This document shows, piece by piece, positions 36,301 to 49,893 of a stretch of DNA of 64,000 nucleotides. Below the pieces are notes generated by a model. The model did not search any database and was not told the DNA's origin. It was given only the letters and a program-made list of their open reading frames with translations. Location of the stretch: the NCBI GenBank assembly GCA_965603825.1, contig CBFDEM010000021.1, forward strand, positions 310,001 to 374,000, read 5' to 3'. Position 1 is the first letter of the stretch, and every line of letters starts with the position of its first letter. This DNA is from Blepharisma stoltei ATCC 30299. Its lineage: Eukaryota; Protista; Ciliophora. The position numbers and the translations under genes are program-made.

Positions 36301-38877
36301 TTCTATTGCTCGAGACAGACATCTATACAAAAGAAGCTGCTTCTCAGGCATGTGGCATGATGCTCTTGCAATATCAATGATTTTTTGGAGTTCTTGTGGA
36401 GTAATGTGGTGGGACATCACTTTAGAAAGCACGTCCTCTATGAAATTAAATAGCTGCTCAGAGTATTGGCGCTTTAACACATTAAGTAAAATATCAGTGG
36501 TTCGACGATTAGCAAAATGAGCTGCATTTATAGAGTCAACTAAAGAGTGGTTAATGTAAGAACAAAAATCATTGCTGCCAGAGTCTGCAAGCAACTCGAT
36601 AACTAGCGGGATAACTTCAGGTGTTTTTACATTAAGCAGCTCTTCAGTTCGTAAGTTGTTATTTTCGTACAAAATATAAAGCAAAGACTCAATGGATTTT
36701 GTGTAAATCAGTGCTCTAAGAGTTTGAAATGAGTCAGATCGGATTGTATTTGCAATGGCGCTGAAATCAAACTCATGGATTTGCTTCTTACAAACTGGGT
36801 TATCTTCAATTAAGAACCTTACGCATTCAAGGACGCTTGCTCATAGCAAAATGATTTTGTCTGTTGGAGTATCAGAATATGGCTTTGTAAGTTTATTTTT
36901 GAGTGTTTTAAGGACTCCTCCTTTCACAAAATTTTCTTGGCAGCCACGCTTGGTAGAGACTTCTCGTAGAGATTCCTGCATTGAGTTTAGGAGTTTAATG
37001 CTCATATCGATGTCGTCGATCCTGGTTAATAAAGATTGAAAGCTGGCACAACTTGCGGAGTCTTGGTACCTTAAAATTCTGGAGATGCAAGATAAACACA
37101 AATCAGAGGTAACTGGATCATATAGCAGCATATCCTGGAGCAAGGGGTCCATGATTCCATTTACCTTGGTCAGTTGGGAAATATCATACATTTCAAGCAT
37201 AGATTTAACCATGATAAAAAACGTTATCAGCTGATCATCATGCTCGTTTGACTTCTTCAGTTGAATAATGACATGGATAATTTCTTCCACAATCCCATTC
37301 CTTATAAAGCCCTCTCCGATTTCTTGGTTCGTATCAAACTGTTCTCTCATTCATAAATTAATTTTTAGCAAGTATTTATAGTCCGTTTGACTGAGCTTTA
37401 TATGCCTCACAATTGCATTGCAAATCCAATCGATGTTTTTAGGGTTTTCTGTTAGAAAAGCCCAAATTCTGTTTCAGGATCCCAAGCACTCTGAGCCAAA
37501 TCCTTCTTTGTCATTCTCATATATTTCGTCTACATCAAATAAAGGCTTCGAAAATAAAGTGCCTATTAAGCCAAATTCCTTCATGTGGGAAAATTTATTA
37601 TCTGTTTTCTTTTTTCCTATTAGCTGTAAAAATTTCTCCAGAAATTGTAAAGTAAATGCCTGGACTTGCGGAGTTCGAGTATCAAGCTCTTTAACTAAAT
37701 CTCCTTGAACTAGCAGAGAAAACAGCATGATTGGAATTCCTTCTAGATCACTGCTAAGTGCATTTGTGGAAATAAGTGTATATAAATTTCGATAGAATTG
37801 GCCAAGATATCCATTATCATGCTCATAGTCTAAGACTTCAACAGTCATATAATACTTCACATAGTTCTGAATGCTATAGTAAAAAATCCCTTTAAGTTTG
37901 TCTTGGTTGCCTTTCAGAAACTGTTTGCCTTGATGCTCTAGTTTTGATGTTAAATAGCATACAGAGTTAAGCAGCTCCAGAATTAATACTGACTTCTCTA
38001 AGGCCAGTCGTGTTTTACTAGTATGTTGAAATGTTCGGAAATCCTCAATGCTTAAGATAAAAGTCATGGCTTTAGGAATTGTGTCTGATAGAGTTAATTG
38101 CACCCCTACTGGCTGTGGAAGCTTGCATATCTGACAAAGGGCTAGAATTAAATACAAGGCTAAATCGACTTCTGAAGATCTTTCATTGAATTTTAATGCT
38201 AATTTTATATTGTTTTGCTGTGTACTTATAGGTTCAGTGGCAAGAAATTTAAGATTTTCTTTTGTTATGAGCTCCAGTAGCAGCCCTTCAAGATTTTGGT
38301 AAGCCAAATTAAGCAATTTCACTTCTTGGTCATTTTGTCTCTTTCTCCTATAAATTAGTAGTCATATAGTATCAGAAAATAAACAATAATATTTCAATAT
38401 CAATTGGTTTGGATCTTCATTGATGGAATTTGTTACGGATTTTAACAAATCATAAAAAGAAATCAGCTGCTCGATCATTTCTATATTGATTTTTGTGCTG
38501 CCATCATTTCTCAGCATCAGTGATTGGAGAATCCTCAGAAAAGGGAAAAGTTGTTCAGACATTTCGTTCAAAATGCTTTGAGGCTCAGAGTGCTCGTCCT
38601 GGCTGTCTTTAAATGCTTGCAGACGGGCTAAGTGTAAGACCATGCTTTCTGTAATTGAGGAGACTAAGACAGAGACGAATTGCTTGTTGGCTTGGAACTC
38701 TGTAAATTCATTGACTGATAATTCTCTATCACACACTCTTGCTACAGGCAGAAATGACATGAGGTTCTGGTTTTGCGCGGAACAAAAGGTATGCCATGCT
38801 GCACTTGATTCGGATAAATCCGATAGTTTGAGCACTCTTTGCAGCGGCCCTTGGAATGATTTATTTCTGATTGCCAT
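30400..38877 (-). CDS. BEACH-domain protein (ConA-like - PH - BEACH - WD40), ~2825 aa
   Basis: WQSGKLSNMEYL, RSFNDISQYPIFPW, YGSHYSS, FDVPDRLF, W(TGA)...DVKEMVPELFY, WIDLIFGYKQ, FGQTPVQLF and WD40 tail. Seven ORF pieces all in one frame, separated only by TGA. Confidence 0.92.
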
Positions 38878-39157
38878 CAATTTTATTTAAATCTCTAATT
38901 AGTCAAAATCTACTTGTTTAAGATAATTATGGATAAAAGTTTATCATCTACTCTTGAATAAACATAATCAGACAAATTAGGGTGACTTTTTGACATTTTC
39001 AAGATACAAGCCCTTTTGGTGATATCTTTAAGGACCGAAAACTTTATTCATTCTCAAGAAATAATCACAAGTCTAGCTATTATTCATAATTATTTCATAA
39101 TAAAACACATTCTTATTTATATTTATATTTATATAAAACACTAATAGCAATGAATTC

Positions 39158-42100
39158 TTAATCTTTTATTTTAGAGAAATACTTAATTCCATAATTTTCA
39201 TACTCCCAAGACGCCATAATAGCCCCAAAAACAATAAGCATCAAAACCATCTTAAAATCATATGGTATCCAAGTGAGTTCCATAAACTCTCGAATATACT
39301 CGTCAGGGAACACAAAAAGATAAAAATGCACCGACACTACGACAACCACAGCCCCAGTAAACCAATAATTTGTAGCAACTTGCTGCCTAAATGGTGGTCC
39401 AATGCTGAAAATCAAGCACATATAAATCATCTGTGTAGAGCTAATTAAAAACAAAACGGTATTATCATCAGATTCAGCAGGCTCATCAGCTGAAGCATCA
39501 CTACTTTCATATCAGCTTTGAAAAATCAGCAGTAAATAGCACACAATTTGTACAAGCAGCTGAAAAGTAGTTTGGCCTATTGTAGAAGATAGTATAGGAA
39601 ATGATATTAAAGCGCCTGGAGGCATATAAGGAGCTAATAAATCATAAGACTTCGTATAAGACATACATATGACGAGCGGCAAAATAATAAATAAGTCTTG
39701 ATATAAAAATTGCAAGTCAAGCAGGCTGTTGTTTAATGAATATAAAATTACAACACAGAAAAACTGGATCATGCTGTACATAGTTATATATTTGAATGTC
39801 TGAAAAGAGGTAGCTAAAGATGCGCGGCCCTCTCGGATTACTTCTATAATACCTTTAAGTTCTCTGCCATTAAAAGGAGCAGCTATTGATGATTCAGCTT
39901 CACTAAGACTGAGCCCTACATCGGCTGCTTTTAGAGCTGCGCAGTCATTAGCTCCATCCCCTACATGGGCGACTTGCACATCTCCTACTTGAAGCTGTTT
40001 TACTAGCAAAACTTTTTGGTTTGGAGACATTCTGCCAAACACAGCACCTCTTAAAATAATGGTAGGGAGGATTTCATCTTCAGTATTGATTAAATGCTCT
40101 AATAAAGATCCACTTAATACGAAGAATCCACATTTATGGGCTGTTGGCCAGTCAATCTTGTTTCCTTTGTTGTCTTCCCAATGAACTTCTCCATTAGTGA
40201 TATCACCAACACTGTATTTAGAGTATTTAGGAATGATGGTTAAGGCTTTAGCTACAGAAGTTCCTGTTAATAAAGCATCTCCTGTGGAAACAATGCATCT
40301 TATGTTTGTGTGCAATAAAATTCTCAAAGTTCTTTTAGAGTCTGGCTTTAGTTGGTTTTCGAGCAAAATTATCCCGAAAAATTGAAGGTCGGATTCCAAT
40401 GATTCTAAGGACTGATCTGGGTTGTAATCAGCTTCTAAAGGCTTTGAAGCACAGGCAAGAACTCGGATTCCTTTTCGAGTGTATTTGTTGAGGACTTTGT
40501 ATACTTGGGGATTGATATTTGAACATAAAGGCAAAATTACTTCAGAGGCACCTTTTACATGTAATTTTAATTTTCCATTATATTCAGCAACAACCCCCAT
40601 TCTCTTTGTTACTGGAGAAAATGGATATATATTCACGACACCTATGCTTTTTCCTTCTTTATTAACTGTACATACATAATTTCCTTCACTTCCTTGCAAA
40701 TTCCATTTAATTCCTTCAAAAATTGCAACTTCTTGCGAGTCCCCTATTAATTTTTCATTTAAAATTTTCAGTGAGTGGCAAGTTGCCAAATTTTCTTGAA
40801 AATCCTCACTGCAAAGTGTTAGATCTTCATTGAGTTTGAAATTTTCCCATACCCCTTTTAACGTCATAGCATCTTCAGTTAGCGTGCCAGTTTTATCAAA
40901 ACAAATCACAGAAACTCTTCCAGCTGCGTTTACTGCAGGTGGAGAAATGCAGCCAATATTTTTTTCTTTAAGCCTAGTAATTGCAAATGCAACGCCTACA
41001 GTCATGGCAAGTGGAAGAATAGGCGGGACAGCTATAGTAATTAAATCCAGAGACCAAACAATGATGTCTAAAGCTGTATACCCTTCTTCAATAAAAAACC
41101 AAATGCAGTAGAAAAATCCTATCATTGCAATGATAAACATTACTCCTATATATTTCATCGAATCTTGCGTGAATTTAAAACGATTTGGTTTTGGATATAA
41201 AATTGCTCGAATGAGATGTCCTTTTGTGGTAGAGAACCCTGTAGAAATCACAAGTCCGTAGCATTCCCCAAAGCAGTGTAAAGGAGTTGTACCTGAGCTT
41301 AAGGTATATTGCTTATTTCCTGTGTAAATTATTGAAGAAGTCATTGGTAAAGGATCTTTTACGACTGGCTGAGATTCTCCAGTAAGCATACTTTCATCTG
41401 TAATGCATATCCCATTAAGTAAAATTATATCACAAGACAGCATTATTTTTTCATGAATTTCCACTATATCTCCAGGGACAATTTCTCTGCTGCTCACGAA
41501 AATCCATTCATTATTTCTTTTAACTTTCATGTTACATTCATAGTGAGCCATTTCTCTAACTTTTTTTATGTTTGTCCGAGTTTCTATTAGGTTGAAAATA
41601 AGCATTCCTACAGTCATAAAGAAAATTACAGCAGCATAGTAATAATATAGTTCAATAGTCCATAAAATGCAGCTGAAAACTTGGAAAACAAAAAATGGGT
41701 GCATAATTTCAGCTAAAAATAATGACCAGACTGAAGGCATCGGAACAGATATCAAGTTGTCCCCAAATAAAGCTTTTCTATCATTATATTGGCTGTCAGA
41801 CCCTGATGACATCTTTTCATGAATTTCTTTAAATTGGAGGTTCATTGGGAATTTTATTTCTGCAAAGCGGGCGAGATCTTCGTCGTAATAGAATTTCAGA
41901 TATCTAAAAGTAAATATCTATGTAGAAAATACCTTTAAATTAACCGGTTCATCATCATACACAGGATGAAGGATCTTTTTACAAACTCTGATATAGAAAA
42001 TCTTGAGAATTTGTTCAGAGCCTTCTGAAGTCACAAGGACATGGTCAGCTTCTTCTACAGTTGTAATATCGTATTCCAAAGACTCATACTTCACAAATCA

Positions 42101-42268
42101 TCTAGAAAGCAAATATGTAATTCCGAGAGTTAAAATATAACTTATGACACGCAAAGCTTGCTTTTTGCGGTTGAGCTTGAGAAACTTGAGATCACTTCAT
42201 TCTTCATGAGTTGGAGGCTCGTAGAAAGTCTTATAATTTCCTTTCTTAAGCAAAGCTTTATCAGACAT
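39158..42268 (-). CDS. P5B-type ATPase (ATP13A-like)
   Basis: HPFFVFQ, LTGES, VPPILP, CFDKTGTLT, GDGANDC and FQS-W(TGA)-Y. One 15-nt intron. Confidence 0.92.
41918..41932 (-). other. 15-nt intron GTATTTTCTACATAG
   Basis: Contains the in-frame TAG. Removal gives VNLK/IFTFRYLKF. Confidence 0.88.
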
Positions 42269-42523
42269 TTATGTAAATTTTACGTAAAACGATAACTTTT
42301 TCTCTGAAATTCTATTCTTAATTTAATAAAAATTAAGAAAATATATTTCTGAGCACCTAATAGCAGCCAGAACTAGTTAAAAAATATTTATTCTCTCTAA
42401 ATGGTAAAATTCGATTTAATATTGAATGTGTTAACGATGATAGAGAGTTTAAGCATTAATAATTCAAAAAAGCTTTTGATTTTTATTAATTGTAATAAAT
42501 AAAGGTATACGGATATATATAAA

Positions 42524-45500
42524 TTAACAAAATTTAAGACTGACAGCAGCGGCTAATGTTTTTCTGAATCTCATCATGCTTTTGGAGCTTTGAGTTCGCT
42601 TCTGAGAACTTAGCTTCTCTAGAAAGTCATAGGCTTGGATTGCATCCTTTGGAATGCACATAAAGTCGAAGAGGCCTTTTAAGATATCTCCATATGATTT
42701 AAACTGAGTTTTTAGCTCTTTTTCTAAAGGAGACATACTTAAAAGAGCAATCCTTAGCAAAGCTTCTTTAAATTCATTTATATTTAGCCTCAAAAAACCT
42801 GATTTATTTCACGTCAAAGCTCTAAAAGTTCTAATTGCATCTTCATCAGGCAGCAAATAAGGAAAAATATTAAAAACTGCAATAAATTTTTGGAAATTTG
42901 TAAAATCAATACCAGCTTCTCTTTTAGCTGAAAAAAATTCATGGAGGGTTTTAATTGATGCTGAAAACTCGTTAAAAGTCTCTATTACTTTTTTCTCCGC
43001 AATTGCTGCTTCAATATATACTTTTATTTCTTTATTTCTTCTTGATGAATTCGAGCTCGTTCCTATATTCGTATTTTTAATTGGAGAATCATGTGTAATT
43101 TCTCTAATCATGGCTTCATTTAGTGATGATTTTGCCCTTCGGTTTTTAATTGAAAAATCTTTTCGGCTTTTTTCTGGAGTGAAGCTTTTATCGAGCTTCA
43201 TATAAGTTTTTTTACTTTTATCTGCTATTTCTTGCTCCTTTTTATCCTGGGTAATTTTTGAAGCTTTAAGCTTGATATCATTATCAATATTATATTTTAC
43301 ATATAAATCTGTATTTTTTTGTTTTTTAAGCGCTTCTTTTTCCTGCTCTAATTTTTTTATAGCTTCTTCTTCTTTTGTTTTTTCTTCTTTTCTTAATTTT
43401 AATTCTTTTAGACTTTCTCCAAGCTCAGCTTGCCTTAATTTCCTTTTTATTTCATTTCTTTCTTCTTCAGCTTTTGCTAAAATTTCAGCATTTAATTTCT
43501 GTTCCAAAAATCTATTAATAATTAAGCCGGGTTTTTTAATCCTACTAATTAAGGTAAAGCTTTTATTTTCAACTGAAAACAATAAATCATCCACTAGTTT
43601 TGCGCATTCTAATATGATTTCGTTAGGATAGATAGAGCCAAGCTTTGCAGCTTCAAGTTTAATTTCAGATGGAAGCTTAAGGTCAGCTGGGAATTTAAAC
43701 GGCATATATATATTTCTAGAATCTTTAGAATAGTCTCAATATGAGTCATCTGCTTTCGAAACAAATCCTTTTGCGTGATAAGAAGTTTTGAGGGATATCT
43801 TGTGCTCTAAAAAGTGAAATTTAAATGATTTATAGAAAATTTCGTCAAGAATTTCGATTGCAATTTTTTGTTTTTCAAGAATTTCAAGATGTTTTGGAAT
43901 AAAATAGCTAACTTCCATTGACTCTTGCTTTGAGCGCTTGTATCCTTCAGGCATCGGATATTCAGGATCACGTTTTAGCTTTTCGTTCAAGCCTTTAGCT
44001 ACCTCTGGATCTCCGATCCCATAATCTGGGTCTTCATAATATGATTTTGGAATCCCATTATTTTCTGCATATTTCGAAAAATGCTCAAAAAGTGCTTTAT
44101 AAGATACTGCCAATGGGAATTCCAATAAATTTCTTTGCTTCTTTGAGTAAATAGCGGCAGAAATTTGAATCAAAAAATTAAAAAATTCTGAGTATGATAA
44201 AACAGGAATTTTCAACTTAACTATCATTTGAGTGTAAATTTTTTTTATTTCAGAATTTGAAATCATTTCTTTTGTAATACCTTGCTCTCTCAATAACTTC
44301 CTGATTTCTGCTTCAGTTATAACTGATTTGGCATCTCTGAAGCTTTCGAAAGTATTTTTTGGAGCAGAGTTATTTTTGTGTCCTGAGTATCTCTGAAATA
44401 AAAAATTAGCAACCCTTTTATATTTTTGTATTACAATTTTCAGTAATTCTTTCTCACTTTCAGTCTCATTTTCTATATCAATAAGATTTATTTCATCAAA
44501 TATTGGTAACTGATCAAAAATTATAGGATTATCTGCATTCTTTCTACTCTCGACACCCAGTAAAATCCTTCTTTTCTCTATTTCATCATTAATATTTTTT
44601 ATCATTTTTTTCTCTTCAATTGTTTGGAGTTCTTTGTTATTTTTTTCAATGAGCTCTCTTTCAGATAATTTGCTCTTTAATTTTTCCAAATATTTTATTG
44701 CTCGTTTCCTTCCAGGAATTGTAGACGAGCTAAGTTTTTCTGCATTTTCACTAGAAAACTCGCTTTTTCGTGTTGGGGGTGTTTGAACAACTTCACAAGT
44801 GCTGATTGATTCAGATGGATCTCCCCCTATTAAAGCTAAAACTGCCATAATTCCTTTGATATTCTTTCCTGATGCATATTTCAAATTTGAATTCGCTGTT
44901 GTCAGCAGCTGTTTGATTTTATTATTCAAAGTTATGTGCCTTATCGATATAATTTTTTCAATCATTGAAAATGCTATATTTCTTGTAATCACATAATTTG
45001 TATCTATATTATCCCTATCTTTGTATCTTTTTTTATATCGGTCGCAAACCAATTTTAATCCTAATTTCACAAATTTAATAAGATATTTTTCCATTTTGGT
45101 ATTTTTTATAAATCTCCCAGCTAAAAGAAGAAATGGGATGCTTGAAGCCTTAGCATAAACAATATCATTATAATATACTTTTCCCAAAAATTCAGTTAAT
45201 GCCAAACCTTGGTCTAATTCTAATCCTGGGTGCTTAGAAAGACTAATAAAAAACTCAAAATCAGAAATATTATAAAATCCATCTGTATGCTGCAACTGCT
45301 TTATAAGTGGATCTAGCAGAATGCATAGCGGAATAGTTTGGTCTTCTTCAAAAAGCAGTGCAAAATTAATAAAAATAAATTCTTTCAGATCTTGATTCAT
45401 ATAGTTTTCAACTAACGCAAAAGTAAGGGTTTTATATACAATTGGAGCAAATGAGTTTTTTACTTTAGAAAATATTGACAGAAGCTTGAATAATTGTGTA

Positions 45501-46744
45501 AAAGATGAAAACTTGATAATTAGTTGTTTTTCTCTGATTCCATATTTAATTGCATTCAAAATTAAATTGGCTGTTTTTTCATTTATTTCGAAAGGGTTGG
45601 ATAGATAGCCCCACAGCTCACATAAAAATATAATGCAGCTCCATTGCATAGGATTTTTTTCAGCTTCATTTATGCCTTGGTTTATCCAGTATGAATAAAT
45701 ATCTTTGTTATGGAACTGTTGGGAAAGCTTCTCATTTGAAGATATATAAGGAATAAATGATAAAACAACTTCATAGAATAATTTAATATTTTTACAACTG
45801 TTCTTGAGATTTTCTCCAAATGCTTCATAAAGATTTTTTCTATCAAACTCAAAGAGTAAATTTACAGATTTCTCAGCAGAATAGTTTTCGAAGAAGAAAA
45901 TATAAGGTCTAATAGCTGCATCTATTATTTCTGAGCCTGAAAACCAGTCAACGATTCTATACTGCGTTCATTCTTTTTTTAACAAAATTAATAATTCTAC
46001 ACACTTTTCATAAGTTCCATAGTCCTTACTGTATAGTCCATGCTTAATATTGGTTAAAACTAAATTCAGAGCTCCATTTTCTTGCTCCTTCTCGACAAGT
46101 CTCATTAAGTGTTCATTATTTTCTTTCAGTATTAAATACCACATAGTAACTGGCTCGTGTTTCCCTTTTATTCCTTTTATAATAATTTGTGACAGTAATT
46201 TCCCTTTTTGTGCTAACAGCCCAGCAGCTTGTTTTGGGATAATTTGCAAGCATTTGCAAAGCGAAACAATTAAAAATTCCAAACAAGTTTCAGTTTCCTT
46301 GAAATCTAAATTAATATCGATTTTATCTAAAATCAGCGCACCATCTATAGTAAGCTTTGTATTTTTATTAGGATTATTTCCTAAATAGATGTCATATAAA
46401 CACCGTAGTAAATCCCTGATTTTTCCTTTATCACCAGCAACAAGCAAAGCTTTTGTGTCTGAATCAATAGAGATATCAATTAATTCTAGCACTCCGATCA
46501 AAATGTTTCAGTTATACAGTCTACTGTTCATCGTAGTTTCTTTTTTCAAGGATTTTATGTCATGAATCTCAGCATCAAATTCTCTTCTCTCTCAAATTAA
46601 TTGTAAAAGTTTCATAAAGCCAATCCCTGACTGTAAAGAATATAGCTCGATCTCATTAATTTCATAGCTATACGTGCCTTGTGACCGATGTGGCAAAAAT
46701 CCTGAGTCGTTAAGTCATCTATAAATATTTTGCTCAATTTCCAT
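42524..46744 (-). CDS. Large protein (~1406 aa) with N-terminal CH-like (Spef1/CH_2-type) domain and helical repeats
   Basis: Four same-frame ORFs plus an N-terminal segment joined by TGA. N-terminal IYR-W-L...SRLYN-W-NIL pattern. Confidence 0.7.
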
Positions 46745-46785
46745 AATTAAAATTCTAAAATCATTAAGATTATTAATATTAACCT

Positions 46786-48717
46786 TTAGCAGCAGCAGCT
46801 TTTTTTCTCAGGTCTTTCTCTTTCTCTATTTAAAAAGTCTTGGAGGACTTTTGGAGAGTGTGCTGGAGGTCTGTCTGATTTCTTTCCTAGTTCTTCATCA
46901 ACTAAGAAGCATTGTAAAATTGTATCACAAGCCATTCCATAGACACTCATAAATATTGATGCTATTAAGTATGAACAAAGTAAGAAAACAATGGTTGGGA
47001 AAACTGGGGAGTAAATATCATCTTTCCATTTACTGGCATGGGTTATGATCATATAGCCAATAAAGGTTGCTGCTATTGTAATAGTCCATTTCCCTAGTAA
47101 TATAAAAATGCCGCCAATCGTGCCTAATGTTAAAAATCGTCCTGCGTTACGGAGGATTAAGAAAAATGCTTCACGGGCTGATTTACAGAAACTTGTTGAC
47201 TGTAAAGCTACTTGAATAAATGCGTTTTTGTTGAGGAATTTGATGAATCTTTCAAAGCAGGCCACATAGCATGCTGCACATTTAAGAATCCATGAAATTA
47301 TTTTGTTCTGAGTCCCTCCTGCTTGCTTAACTTTCTGCGAAAAATACATAAGTAGGTATTTAATCGTCCAGACAATTGCAAGAATCAAGGCTCCAAAGGC
47401 TAAGGAGCCAAGGTGATACCTGAAAGCTCTATATACAGACCTTGATATTGGGCGTTGAGCTCCTGACTCAGAGTTGCAGGAGAAATACCAAATGCACACA
47501 GTGCTTGCAAGGATGAACTGTGAAAGAGCTATAAGAAAAGCATTCATCCATAGAATTCCCCAGAATTCATAGTAAAATGCTTTTTGAACTGTTGCATCCC
47601 ACTTAACCTTTGGGATCGGGTTGTTATCATTTGAGCTTTTTTCAAGATCGCCATCAGAGTATAAGAAAAGAACAGCACAGATCCAATAAATGTAGGTTGC
47701 AATTATAATAATATAAAATGCTATTGGAATTAGCAATGCAAGCCATACATTTTTAAGGAATACTGTGGCTGCCTTCATAATTGCAATTGCCAACCTAATA
47801 CGGTTGCACATGAAGAGAATGTATATTAAAAAGATGCCACAAATGGCATATAATATATAAGCGCAAATCTTTAGGGTGTCTTGAGTTTTGCTGTCGCTGT
47901 TGTCGTCATACATGTTTTCGCCAGCCCATTGCAGGAAAATAGCTAAAAGTAAAAGGGCTGAAAAAGTGCCTAGAATAGATAGCCATACTATGATCCCAAT
48001 AAAGTACCTAAGCACAAATAAGTAAATAAAGCCAAGTACAAGTGCAGCTGCTGCCACGATCCCAATAACTTGCCAAGTGGTTAGGACATCCGAAAACCAC
48101 TCCGAAAGGACAGTTGCACTTATTGAATCTGAGACTTCACTATAGGCTTCTCTTACCCACTGAGTCTTTTCACCGTCAGGTAAGCAAAACCTTGACAAGT
48201 ATCCTTTGCTTGGATAAATTCCGTGGATATAGCCATAATCTGAGTCTGGAGTGCTTGAGACATCTTCAAATCTGAATTGACAGTCTTTAAGCTTGGAATT
48301 TGGAAGACACTCCACTGGACCTGTGTAGTTTTTAGGACAGTGCTTGACACAGACTCGATAGCCCAAATATCCTGACATTGGGAACGGGTAATAAAGATAT
48401 TCATAATTTTCAGCTACAGTGTCAGGACGGCCACATTGATGTGTGTCTGAGTCGTAGGGATAAGTTAGTAGGTATGGATCACCATTCGCGAAGCCATAAA
48501 ACCCACAAATGAACCATGCAATAGTAAAAGCGGTGAAAAGTAGGCAACAGAGACAGTCTGTGCAGTGTCGCTTTTCTACTGGGCCTTCTGAGAGCTTGTC
48601 ATCGACTGGTTCGCCTTTATAGTTGGGGTCTTGGTATTTTCCTTTGCCTTTTGTCAATGCATCGGCGTCTGTGTTCTCGATATTTTTAACCTTGTTATCT
48701 GAATGCTTGCTTCCCAT
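46786..48717 (-). CDS. Choline transporter-like protein (SLC44/CTL)
   Basis: RHCTDCLCCLLF, RIRLAIA, YHLGSLAFG, FLNKNAFI, DTILQCF and multiple TM helices. Confidence 0.95.
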   Translation of the reverse strand: MGSKHSDNKVKNIENTDADALTKGKGKYQDPNYKGEPVDDKLSEGPVEKRHCTDCLCCLLFTAFTIAWFICGFYGFANGDPYLLTYPYDSDTHQCGRPDTVAENYEYLYYPFPMSGYLGYRVCVKHCPKNYTGPVECLPNSKLKDCQFRFEDVSSTPDSDYGYIHGIYPSKGYLSRFCLPDGEKTQWVREAYSEVSDSISATVLSEWFSDVLTTWQVIGIVAAAALVLGFIYLFVLRYFIGIIVWLSILGTFSALLLLAIFLQWAGENMYDDNSDSKTQDTLKICAYILYAICGIFLIYILFMCNRIRLAIAIMKAATVFLKNVWLALLIPIAFYIIIIATYIYWICAVLFLYSDGDLEKSSNDNNPIPKVKWDATVQKAFYYEFWGILWMNAFLIALSQFILASTVCIWYFSCNSESGAQRPISRSVYRAFRYHLGSLAFGALILAIVWTIKYLLMYFSQKVKQAGGTQNKIISWILKCAACYVACFERFIKFLNKNAFIQVALQSTSFCKSAREAFFLILRNAGRFLTLGTIGGIFILLGKWTITIAATFIGYMIITHASKWKDDIYSPVFPTIVFLLCSYLIASIFMSVYGMACDTILQCFLVDEELGKKSDRPPAHSPKVLQDFLNRERERPEKKSCCC

Positions 48718-49241
48718 ATTTATAACCGATTGATTTTTTACTTCTTTTAAGATTATTTATTTGAATGAAATTTTCTTATAAAATATACCCAAAAGGAACT
48801 GTAATAAATTTAATTTTATTTTTATATAGAATTAGAATTGCGACTGAAATTTGGCTTAAAATTATATAAAAATATAATTGTAACTCCATCAGTTTTCAGA
48901 AAGTGCTTTTTTTAAAAAATGATTAAGCCAGTCTTTATTAAAAACTGGCTTTTTGAAGATAACAGAGATCTTTATATATTTTATCTATATTAAAAGCTTG
49001 GAGCCAGCACACACTATAAATTGTTCAAAAATAACAGAATAATAATCTAATTTATGAGAGTGAAGTAAAAATGGTCTAAGTTGGCAAAACTCAAATTAGT
49101 TTTTATACATTAATTTTTGAGATTTTAATTTAAACTGTAATTATTAAGGCATCATGCATTTCTCATCTAATTTATAATAATATAAAAATCCTCTATTAAC
49201 TATTCCTAATTTACTTATTTATTATAATATTCCTGCTATAA

Positions 49242-49847
49242 ATGGATTTCCCAGCCCTCCTTCGTAATGCAGGCCAAAACGATGTGATAAACATCGCTGA
49301 TTTTGTCCGTCAATGGGATGAAAGTTCTCTGGATCATAGATATCACCCAAGTCAAACTCAAGTGATCTTCCATCTATTCGGATACTATCTGTTAAACAAG
49401 CTCAATGAAGCTAAATTCCTATGAAAAAGACTTCCAAATGAGTTCAAGTCAGAAAACCCTCACAATGCCGAACTTATTGCGACTTGGAATCTAGGCAAAA
49501 ATCTATTAAAGAAAGACTTAGTAAGAGCCCAGAAAAAGATAAATACAACTCATTGGAGAGATGCAACAGATCTTGCTAGAATGCTTCGAAAAAAGCTTCA
49601 GCAGGATGCTAAGGCGGTCATCTCTAAAACCTATGTAAGCATCCAGATCGCAAAAGCAGCTGAAATGTTTGGAATTAATGAAACTGAGCTAAGACCTCAC
49701 GTAGAAAGATGGGGATGGCGCATAGAAAATGATTATGTGAAGCCGACTCAAACCACTCAAATCACCAAGCGTGAGGTTGCAACTGATGATATTCAGGTGA
49801 TTGGAGAGCTTGTTTCGTACTTAGAGCAAAAAAATAATTTAGTCTAA
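49242..49847 (+). CDS. CSN8: COP9 signalosome subunit 8-like PCI protein
   Basis: EAKFL-W(TGA)-KRLP and ISKTYVSI...GW motifs. Confidence 0.8.
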
Positions 49848-49893
49848 GAATTAATCCATAAAAAATTATTATAAATTGAAACTGGCTGTCTAA

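Noticed and set aside
30400-46744. Fragmented large genes suggesting pseudogenes or selenoproteins
   Set aside because: All breaks are same-frame TGA, at Trp positions where a motif is recognisable, or tiny introns. They are not Cys/Sec positions or frameshifts.
48925-48955. Hairpin AAGCCAGT...ACTGGCTT followed by a T run (intrinsic-terminator-like)
   Set aside because: An 8-bp stem in a eukaryotic divergent spacer, compatible with chance.
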